Assembly: GCA_973895155.1 (NCBI GenBank)
Contig: OZ316899.1
Location: 15,217,974 to 15,281,973 of the forward strand
Length of the DNA stretch: 64,000 nt
Source: Marsupella aquatica
Lineage: Eukaryota > Plantae > Marchantiophyta
Reading direction: 5' to 3'
Shown: positions 49,312 through 59,437 of the stretch, piece after piece
Layout of the letters: every line of letters starts with the position of its first letter
Numbering within the stretch: position 1 is the first letter of the stretch
Position numbers and translations under genes: made by a program
The notes under the pieces: model-generated
The model's database searches: none
What the model saw: only the letters and a program-made list of their open reading frames with translations
What the model was told of the DNA's origin: nothing

Positions 49312-51661
49312 CACAACTACATTTTTGCATGTTGGGACCAGGTTTAACCTAACCCAAAACAACGTTCCTTCGATTAACGTCCGACAACGGTCCGGAGATT
49401 AACGACATTATCTGATCCCGTTGGATCTTCGAATGACATCCGACAACCGTCCGGAGATTAACGATGTCATTTAGAGATCCAACGGGATCAGATAATGTCT
49501 CTTTGCGTGATGTTAAATTTACCTCCTTTAAGACACGGTAATTAACCTCGCATCATACAATGTACCTCATATTACGTCTTACTAGATGTGGTAACTTAAC
49601 TGGCCCCAAACAACGTAACTAAGAACATAGTATAGGACAACATTCTTAAGTTTGGCATTTGGAACAACGTATGTGAAGATACATTGTCATAGCATACCAT
49701 ACGTTTATCGGGAAAAATGACGTTAAGTCCACATATCAGTGGGGGACAGACTGAACTATAGGCAGGAGGCTCACTATAGCCAGCATTCCCGAGTGAAGAC
49801 ATCCAAGGTCCTCAGTGTAGAGAAGTTGAACCGTGGGAGGCAAAGTGTTTAGCTATGGTGTGGAAGTTCTTTGCAAATGTGCATTGTCATTTCCTCCTGC
49901 TTGGTGAGGAGGAGAAGATGGTTTGAGGGTTCTTTTGCCGTGGAGGGCTTGTTGACAAGCTATGTACCTCATAGACCAATTTCTTGATTGCAAATACGTG
50001 GAAACAGGTTGTGGAGCACACTTTAGTGACTATGTTGGCTTTATGGAGCATTTTTCTGAAACCGTGCATTTCATCTCTACTCGATGGGTAGAGTGCTCCA
50101 TTCTTGCCAACAAGCACTTGGACCCAGGAGAGTTCTTGTTGCATCCAAGCAGTGATTGTGGTCCAGAAGATTCGCTCGAGGATGATGATGGTGAGGCCTA
50201 CCCTCCCACCTTGTCTAAATGTGAGCTAGCTGTCACCCACTGAACTTCATATTGCTATGTTTGATTACAAGGAAAGTTGTGCAACCGAGGTGGAGGCTCA
50301 GAGGCTATAGGCTGGTGAAGCTGTTGTCCAAAAGAATTGGAATGCCAGCCAAAGGCGGGCTTTGTACAACAAGAGGAAAGCGGACGAGGAGTACTACTAG
50401 TCTGGAGAAGGGACTCCTTAATCAACATCAGTCTGGAGGGAGGTTGTAGAGGGTTGACCATGACTCATGTAGGCTACATTTGCAGTAGAAAGGATGGTAG
50501 AGCTATTGTGTATCTCTATTTGGTCTATGTGCAACAATAAACACATCCATGAATGTATTTGTTGCAACAATTGTGTGGGTTTGAATGTTGTATCTTTTTT
50601 GTATGATTAACATCAAAGCAAATTTGTTACGTTGATTGAAACATTGTATCTAAATTACTAACGTACGTCGTTCTACTCGTGGTATCAACTTTGTCGCGCC
50701 ATACATCATTGAGTACGTCATTTTACTGGGTTACAAAGTATAGAACAACGTTAAATGGAGTTATAACATTGGCTAATGGTTCAGTACACGACTTTGCAAC
50801 GTGTTACATTGAATAGTGCCAAAACCTATAAGCAAGGCTCCACCCTTGGCTGCACCGGAACCAGATAGCAGTAGCAATGCCTCAGAGCAAGATGCCTAGC
50901 AGTATCAATTGTGTCGGCGGCGAGGCGGAGGAACGAGACGTGACAGGCCCCATTCTCAACGACATTAGGTTGTAGGTATTTCAGTAGTAGGAGTTCCTCC
51001 ATGCATTCTATACATATTTTTTGCCATTTTGATTCAGGCCACCCAATTGTGGTGGCACCTCATTCTGGGTTACAATATGGAAAATAACCTACATATACGT
51101 GTATTCTATGTGTGTACTGAACCCTAACAAGGACCCCACCCAGACAGTGCAATGTGTAATAGGACGTATGTACTCACGTATACGTCCTCCTTTATAAGAC
51201 CTTTAACCATCCCAATACATCGTTGAGCCCTACGTAGGCCAATGTACATTGTACCACAAGAGCACCATACATCGTCCCCTACTACGTCAAATTACCCATA
51301 CATCTCAAAAGGGGTCATATTTTATCGGCTACGGACGATGCTAAAATAATACAACGTTTAGTGCATGGCACATTATGACGTACTAGACGTGGTTAATTGT
51401 CCATTACATACTCTTACACGACGTTTGTGGGTAAAGTTTTACACTAGCATTGGGTATATTTTACGTAGTATGACACGTTGTAAAACCTGATACCTACATG
51501 GTTAAGAACAATGTCTTGGACGTGGTAAAGAGCGTCTTCCCAAACGTGGTAATTAATGTTGCTCTATTAACGTCCTGAATGAGGTCTTTCCTCCGCGGTG
51601 CATATACGTCGCGATTAACGTCTTCTCAAAGTCCGTTAATCAGCTATAAAATGTAGTTGTG
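49312..51661. mobile_element. Non-autonomous CACTA/CMC-type DNA transposon with CACAA termini
   Basis: 14-bp perfect TIR CACAACTACATTTT (49312-49325, 51648-51661); CAT TSD; ACGT/ACGA-rich subterminal regions; removal restores ERHR-MHQFLKSY in frame. Confidence 0.92.
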
Positions 51662-51964
51662 CATGCGATGTCTCTCCTCCCCTATCAACTTAGGACCAAT
51701 CTGTGGCTCCCAACTCTCCACCAAATCCCTAATATCTTTTTGTAGGGTAGAAGAGATAGCCAATGATTGTTATTTAGCAATATTTTGAGTAGTCCCTTCC
51801 TGCTCAAAAATCTGTCCAGTCTTGGCCAATCTTGCCATAGGTCCATGAACTATCTATGTGCCCCCAGTTGTGGCCATTATTGTCTCAGTAGGCCGCAAGC
51901 TCACCAATGGACGATCTGTAACACCAAGAGAGTGCATCCAGAAGTGCTTATCTACTCCCAAGCT

Positions 51965-52910
51965 GACAATCCAAGTTAAACAATTCAAATCCATGACTTG
52001 GCCAAGGACCTAGCAGCGTGAACTCTCTGACACAGATGCAATAGCAGTAGTACATGCGGAGAATCCCATGGCCCGCTCTCTCTCATCAGTAGTGGGTTCT
52101 ACTAATTGTTGTAGAGCTGTATCTCACACAAGTCCAGTACCACATGCGTTGAAAGCATATGAAGCACAATGGCTCACAAAAGTGGGTAATGCACAACGTG
52201 GGCACACAACCATATGGACTATGGCCAATGGAGATTTGTCAGGCTGGGTCACACCCTGTGAACAATGCCTTGGATCCAAAATATCATCCACTACCAAGGC
52301 TGGCAAGCGAGGAATGTTGTCAAATGCTCGCTTCAACACTTCACCTGGTAACAAATTAGTCCACCACAAACATGGACAATGTGCACGAGAACCCACACGT
52401 GCAACATCCAATAACACAGCCAATCCAAGACCTCACCTGATGAACACTAGCAACAATCCACTAACAATGATCACCCAAGAGTGGCATGTTCTCCAAAATG
52501 TAGGCTGAAGGCTGTGGCTAATGCAATTGGAGATGACGCAACACCCATAACATCTCCCAAAACAATGTAGATGGTGGATCATGAAGTCCATGTCCAACTC
52601 CAACTTTGGCCTTGACATGGCCAACTAGCACTCACCAAATTAATAGGGCCAACGCGATCCAAATGATCCACCCCTAGCAATAAAATATCAGCAGGTAGTG
52701 CATGTTGATAGCCACAAACAACATCCAATGGCAATAACTGTGGATAACTATCCACCAACATAGTCACATGGTGCAATGAGACTCTTAGTGCTATCTCATC
52801 TGTCTCCACATACAAGTAATAACGCCCTGGAATTCTTGCGTGAAGAACAATAGCCAATCTAGTGCTAATCCCACCAAATAAATCCAACAAACAAATACCC
52901 TCCGGTGGAT
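51965..52910 (-). pseudogene. DNA (cytosine-5) methyltransferase domain, DNMT3-like, inside Gypsy pol
   Basis: Motif I LLDLFGGIS; II YVETD; III LPADI; IV LVSASWPCQGQS; V GLHDPPSTLF; VI YILENMP; VIII LDVARVGSRAHCPCLWWTNL; IX ERERAMGF; X VLGQVMD. Two frameshifts and several stops. Confidence 0.9.
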
Positions 52911-52971
52911 ACTACCATGCAATGGGAGTGGTATCCAATGGTGAAAGAGTCACCGGCCCACCTGCAGGAGA

Positions 52972-53791
52972 CTACTCTGCTCCTAGCTGTGGTGTAAAAG
53001 TATGACGCCATGCATCATGCAACAATTGTGCTGCTGTCTGTGGCAAGGCTTGGTTAGTGCTCCACACTAGTGGCACAACACTACCAACAGGTAACCCATG
53101 CATGACTTGCTCCTCATGTGACTCCTCCACTGCTGTAACATCTGCTGCATGTGCGTTACCGTCCATCAAATCATCAAGATTTGTGATCACATCATTGAAT
53201 GCTGCCAAAGACAATGGTGTAGATTTAGGGCCTCCCATAGGTCCACTAAATTGCACTGGCAATCTGCTCAATCTAGCATCTCCTGATTGCCAATCAAGTC
53301 GATATGAAACTGATTCATCCCAAAAATCAAGAATAAATCCCATGGCGTACAGTACTATACATCCCACCAACACATCATAGGACTTTGCCTTAGTCAAAAT
53401 AGCTCGCGCTTGTATGTGAGAGCTATCCTTCGCATGACCCTCCTAAATCCGCAAGTCAAGTGGTTGTCTAGTGATGTGTTGTGCGGGTGTAGGTCCCCCC
53501 AATGAAGTCTGAATAGGAAAGGGACACTTCTCCAAATCATTTGGATGCAATCCCAATCCTTGTACTGCAGACTTACCCAACATCAAGGGTTGAGCACCAG
53601 TATCCAATAACACTATCTTTGGCTTGTATACTACTCCAGTAGGCCCAACTAATTGGAAGATACCACTCTGATTATCCAATGACACAACGCTAGGTTTAAA
53701 CCTAGTCCTCTCAAATGCAAGGCTTGCTGGCAAATCCATCAACTTTGCCGCTACTGCATGCCATGTCTCACTAGTAGCAGTAGGTGGTGTC
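52972..53791 (-). pseudogene. pol: Aspartic protease and linker of the DNMT-Gypsy element
   Basis: VLLDTGAQPLMLG ... SYDVLVG; same reading frame as DNMT motifs I-IV. Confidence 0.88.
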
Positions 53792-56700
53792 TGTCAAACA
53801 CTTGTCAAGGAGCTTAAGCGGCTTTTCTCCCCAAAAGACTACCTAATACCTGCTCCATATCATACCAGGGTCACAAAGGATTGACAAAACTTCTGAAACG
53901 TGCCTACAATGTCTAATCACTCCCTACATAAGTAGTTTCAACTCTCCACTTCTAGAGAGGTAGTCCCCTTGACTACTTTTGTACTCACACCCTTCCCCTC
54001 TCCTCTACTCCAAAGATCAGCAAGGGGGATCTCCGCTCCAAGCTGTCACCTTAGAGTAGATTCTCACACAAACACCCAAGAACCAAAGTACTTTTCTCTT
54101 CAAGCTTAAGTCTCCTCAAGACCCTCAAAGTAGTGTTACCCCTCAACCTTGCCCCCTGGCCTTGGTTTGGGTCCACACATCCCCCTTTGAGCTCTAGAGA
54201 AGGCTCCTCTATCTAAGGATTCTTCCTCTTGTTCTTACTTCTTGTTAACACCACACACCAAGCAAAATATTTTCCACCCTCAAGCTATAATCATTTCTAA
54301 GTCTCAAAGTAGTGCTCTACCTTAACCTTGCCTCCTTGGCCTTGGTTTTGTACTAGCACATCCCCTTCAAGCTTAGACCAAGATTATATCATAGCATGGA
54401 CTCTTCTCTTGCTCTCATATACTTCAAATGCACTCACACTTAATGGTCACAATGAAGATTGGCAAGTCTTCTTTTATTGCATCACCTTTACAACAAAATT
54501 TCACTACACATTCTCCACACTAAGCATGGACCACCTCTCCCTTCTCAAGCTTAGCCCTACCTTGGCAAGGTAGAGATTCCACTTAAGAGATGAGACTCCC
54601 AATCCCTAACAAATGAAAACTTACTCCTTATATACTATTCTCCTTCCAAACCACACCAAGCTTGACCTGGGGTCCAACTACTCCTCCCCCAAGTCCTCCT
54701 AACACACAAAGTCTAACTCTATAGTTCGTAGCCCACCCTACAACCCATTGTTTGGACTCCTTCTAAGCCCTGGAATATGCCACACATGAGTTGCATGCTT
54801 TGACCTCCAAACCTGCTCCCACTTATGGTCCTCCTCACCAGCTTCCCAATCCACTTGAAATCTCGCAAAAAGAGTGAGTGAGTCTCAAGTTGTGCCTAGT
54901 CAAAGATGGTCTTATTTTACTAACTACCCTAAGTAAACTACCCCCTATACTTTTCTTAACATGATGGCCTTACACCTTTGAACAAAGGTAATTACCCTTC
55001 CCTAGAGCCTAACTAAAGTAGTATGGGTGCAAGAAAGGTCAGCCCCTAAATCTGGTAGTCATTCCCCTATGCCGACTTTGGTTTGCAAGCTGTCGGGACC
55101 CCCTCATGGCCTCGGCTAAAAATGTATTTGAGTGACTCTTCTTCTGGGTTTCCACCTTCACCAAGGGGTGCCTTACCTTCCCCTAACTCAGCACACAAAA
55201 AATTGGGCCCCAACGGATACCCCTAGCCAAAGTTATGCCCATTCTCCCAAGGTCTGTTTTTGGTGTAAAGCGGGTGTAAGCGGCGACCCGATTACACTTA
55301 CTTTACACGCCCCTTATGGAGATTCCAGGTGTCACCAGGGGAGAGTACTCTCATTATGCTCACGTTTCTTATGAAGAATTTGATAAGGACATCAATTTTC
55401 GCAGCCATTTTCCTCTCTCTTGAATTCAATCTGAAAGTGCATCATTCTCTATTGGATTCGAATGGCAGCAGGTCAATCTACAGCTCAACCAGGTTTGCAG
55501 CATCCTTCTCAGTCCACCTCCATAGCCATCCAGTCTTGCAAGTGATTCAAAATTGCAGTAGAATTTTGCAGCAGCCATAGCCCACCAATTCGCAGCTAGC
55601 CCTCTTAATTCCTTCCTTGCAGCTGGTCCGTTTGCTACTACATTCAATCAATTTACTAGCAGCCTAGCTCTATTCTCCAGCAGCCGGCCATAGCTCACCC
55701 TTCTCAACTTTGTAGCTAGCAGAGCAGCAACACTATTGAGCTAGCAACATACTTACTAATCAGCCAACACTCAACATCTCGTGCTTGAAGCTAGCCCTTC
55801 TAATTCTGGTGTAGTAGTAAGTCTGATCAGCTGCCAGCCATTCAATTTCATAGCCCACCATAGCTCACAGCCAGCCAACTAGCTCTTGATCACTAGCAGC
55901 CTATTTCTCCATAGCAAGCAACTCTATTCCAATCAACAGCATCGAGGCAGCCAGCCAATTCTGATCAGCATCCCATGCCTGAAGCTATAGCAGCTCAATT
56001 CAATTTCGTAGCTGCCTCTTGATCCCAATTTGAAGCAAGCATCTCATGTATTGACCCTTATGGTGTTCCTGACCTCGTGCTTGAGTCGCCCCGGCCTCGT
56101 GCTTAAGTCATGGTCGCCGCCGACGCAGTTGACACTTAGAAAAATTTTGGATTTCTTTGTTGGGAAAATTGTATTTCCAGGCCGTTTTGGACCACCCCCA
56201 AAACTCACACATGAATCCAAAATGACTTCTGAGTATATATACATATTTTATGGACATAGGACTATGTCCTGGTTTACTAATATCTAAACAAAACCTTATC
56301 ACCGATTTTCTAAAATTAGGTAAATAGGGTCAATTATTATGTTTTCCAAAATTCTTTTCACCTTTGAGATGCTCCCAAAAAGTAACCAAAGATACCCAGC
56401 TTCTACCACAAGTTTCCAGGGATAGAGTGGACCATATTTAACCCACTTCCAAACTTGGAACTCCTAAATTTACTCATCAGCTATTTTTCCCGGGACCCGC
56501 TATTTTGTTCATTTAAGTCACACCAAAATACAAGGAAACCCTAGGTTGAGACCCCACTTGACATCTAACTTTTTAGGGGTGCTCCAGGGACCTCCTAGCA
56601 TCTATGGGGAAAATCTGAACCAAAAGTAAGACTTCAAGTGTCGGGTTGTTTCTCCGACTCGGAATAGTCGCCTATTCTAAATAAGGACGGAACGTTGTAT

Positions 56701-56907
56701 GCCCCATCATAAAGACCTTTCTTATCCCTTGTCACTTGCTTACAACTCATTAACCTTCCATTCCACTATCTTTCCTATTCTACCTACTTAATTTCCTAAA
56801 ACCTAGTTACTCTGATAGCACTTAAAACGTCTTTCTTACTATTCCTTGTTCCAAAAGCAAAAAAAATGACAAGTTTCTTACATAAACCTATATCGAGCCA
56901 TTCCACA
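53792..56907 (-). mobile_element. Solo LTR (~3.1 kb), copy B, same family as 17496-20489
   Basis: Reverse-complement homolog of copy A; GTGTC TSD (53787-53791, 56908-56912); removal restores RATKLT-PPTATSETW in frame. Confidence 0.93.
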
Positions 56908-58850
56908 GTGTCAACTTTGTTGCTCTAGAACTACATGCTGCCTCTCCATGAGAAGCCAAAATTGGGGTATCCTTGCATAATATGGTTGCCAATCTGAACA
57001 CATCAGCTGGACCAACCCCCAATGTTAGCATATCCGTCACTGAAAATAATGGGGTGCGCACTATGGTGGTAGCCATCCCCAACAAGGTACCTGTCATCCC
57101 TACTGCAACATCTTGTGATTTTTCCAACTTACCCAGGCTAGGGTTTGTCCAAATGGGGTCATAGAGGCAGTCTAAATTGTCTTTGACAATGTAAAAGACT
57201 AAGGAAGCTTTGTCTGACAACATGCATCCCCCTCTATGGATCTAGCTCCACTATTGCTCCTCAGGGCTCAAGAACTTTGGCTGCCCCACATGTCAAAGCT
57301 ATTGATGCATCAATATGCGCAGTGCCACACATGAATCCCATATATGGTGGCAAGGTCTCCATCAGCCCCATAGGATGTGGAAGCTCTACGAGATGTAGAA
57401 GCCCGATCACCAAAAGCAGGTCTCACCTGAGAACTAGCCATAGCAGCTAGTGGTTGCTCTAATTAAGCAATCTCAGCGTCCTTAGGATCTGTAATCACAA
57501 TAGGAGCAACACCACCTCCCTATCTTCTTGCATGTGCCATACCTTGTCCATGACCACCGCCTCTACCTCCTCTTCCCTGATCATGTGTGCATTGTCCTCC
57601 TCTCCGTAACTCAAGATGGAGTGAGAAACACCTATCCTTGGTGTGTCCACAAGCTCCACAATGATCACATTGCCGCTGATCAGGTGTTGAGGCCCCTCCT
57701 GGCCCTCTATGATCAGGGCAATATCCCTATGCATGGTCCCCACCACAGGTCCAACATCCTGATTGTTGTCTAGCATAAGAAGGCACAGGTCTCCGACTGG
57801 TAGATTCTCGTGCAATGGGCTTGTTCCTCTGGCTCTTGCGTGCAATAGGCTGTGATGTAGGTGTAGATGCAGCCTTTGGTGCTTCCTTGGCAAATCCAAA
57901 AGTCACCACTTTCTCATTCACCATATTGAGCTCAATGTGCTCAGAAAGTGTAAAAACAATTGCCAATGTGGAATCTCCATCCCTAAAAAGAGTGACATCT
58001 CTCACTCTTTGTTGCAATTCTCTGTCCAGAATTGCATACCAAAACTGGACTGCCTGGGTCTCTATCACTTCCTTGGTGATAGTGATCAATCTGTGCATAC
58101 AAGTGTATGCCCCACGTAGACTCTCTCCAATCTTGCGCTGAAACTCCTTAAGACCCTTCAACTTATTAGTTCTCACACACTAATAGTTTTGCTTCAATAC
58201 CTCAAAAAACTCCACCACAGGATTAAATGCTGGCACAGCTCCAGTCCCTCCCACAATCACATTGGTATGAGTAGTGATGGATGCTATTGGAGTGGTACTA
58301 GTGGATGGTGTGCCACTCTGGCTAGTGCTGCTAGAAAAAGCAGCAGCCATGGCAAAGGGTTGGGCAACCGCACTAATGCCATAGGTGATGGACACATAAT
58401 TAGGCAATCAATGTTGCCTCCATGTCTCAATCTCAACCAAATGAGCCTTCCAAAACTCATGGTAATCATCCATGTGTGGCTCCTCCAAAGCTTGAAATAA
58501 ACCCTTCCATGCATGAAAGGGGTAAACAACGTGGCATTACGCAATGTTTGCATATTGCACCACGTATCAAACTCCTCGATGAAGTCATTCAGATCAATCG
58601 TGCCAACTGCACCAGAGTATTGTCGTGGGCTCGTTGTAGCCCCGTACAGCTCTTCCATATCCCACAACAAAGGTGCAATCACCTGATGATGAGGAGAACT
58701 GGTCATAGAGTCCTTGTCGAAATCATTGTCTAAAGCTGTGCTATTGACTGCTACCAATGTCACTGGCCAAAATTGCACCTCACTCCGAGTGAAACCAGTC
58801 CGCCGTCCATCGGTTAGCCCCGCAGCACCAGAAGAATTTGTGATGACCAA
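56908..58850 (-). pseudogene. gag: gag and gag-PR linker of the DNMT-Gypsy element
   Basis: YSGAVGTIDLNDFIEEFDTWC and FQRKIGESLRGAY (capsid-like); two knuckles, CWTCGGDHA*GYC and CDHCGACGHTKDRC. Confidence 0.8.
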
Positions 58851-59069
58851 TCACTCAAATTGTAACCATGAATCTAATCTATGTGCTAACCCTAACGGGG
58901 AAATCTGTCCCTGCCAGTACCACAAGCACTCACCATGGTGTGTTGGGCATCACTCCAACATCTCCATGAGAGAAATTCATAGCACAACTAGAGTGTTCGG
59001 TTGCAAACCCGAATCACTCCTATGAAATCAAGCGCCCACACAACACTAACATGGCGCATAGGCAGGAAG

Positions 59070-59437
59070 CGTGTGTGGAGAGGGTCCAACAACAAGAGTG
59101 GATAAATAGCAACTCTCCACACCAAGAGTGATCACAACCCAATCACACAATGTTCATAATGCTCAATGTAGGGCCTTCATAATAGGCCTCAAGGATCCAA
59201 TGTCAAATACCCAAGAATCCGTCGCAAATGAGTTCAAACGGAGAATTATATAGATTTAGAAGTGCATATATAAAACCCCTAGGGACTCATTCCTTGGACA
59301 TCAAATGTGGAAGGAAGCATGTACAATGCACCACATAAGAACTAGCTAGTTAAACGCACGAGGGGAGGAATAGCTTTGGGATGGGTGATCTCTCACTTGT
59401 CATTATGCACAAAATCTGCCACTCCAAAATGACAACA
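59070..59437 (-). repeat. Candidate 5' LTR of the DNMT-Gypsy element
   Basis: Non-coding, upstream of gag, begins TGTTGTCA on the minus strand; no second copy or clear PBS available to confirm. Confidence 0.35.

Larger units (their letters stand above)
47169..59437 (-). mobile_element. Degenerate Ty3/Gypsy retrotransposon with a cytosine methyltransferase domain in pol (gag-PR-DNMT-RT-RH-IN)
   Basis: All domains are collinear on the minus strand once the two TSD-bounded insertions are removed; the integrase is cut by the outer CACTA end; the 5' boundary is uncertain. Confidence 0.88.

Noticed and set aside
51965-52910. DNMT as a host gene or bacterial contaminant
   Set aside because: It is intronless, in frame with the retrotransposon protease and collinear with RT, with no PWWP/UBA-type accessory domains or restriction-gene neighbour.
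53066-53073. CACTAGTG as another CACTA terminus
   Set aside because: It lies within the open PR-DNMT linker frame, with no partner TIR or subterminal repeats.
17496-56907. 3-kb inverted repeats read as giant TIRs of one 39-kb element (Polinton-like or composite)
   Set aside because: Each repeat has its own different 5-bp TSD (ATGTT, GTGTC) and TG...CA ends, and each interrupts a different ORF, so they are independent solo LTRs.
59052-59067. TGGCGCATAGGCAGGA as a PBS
   Set aside because: It is on the opposite strand to the adjacent gag-pol, and no plus-strand retroelement ORF follows.
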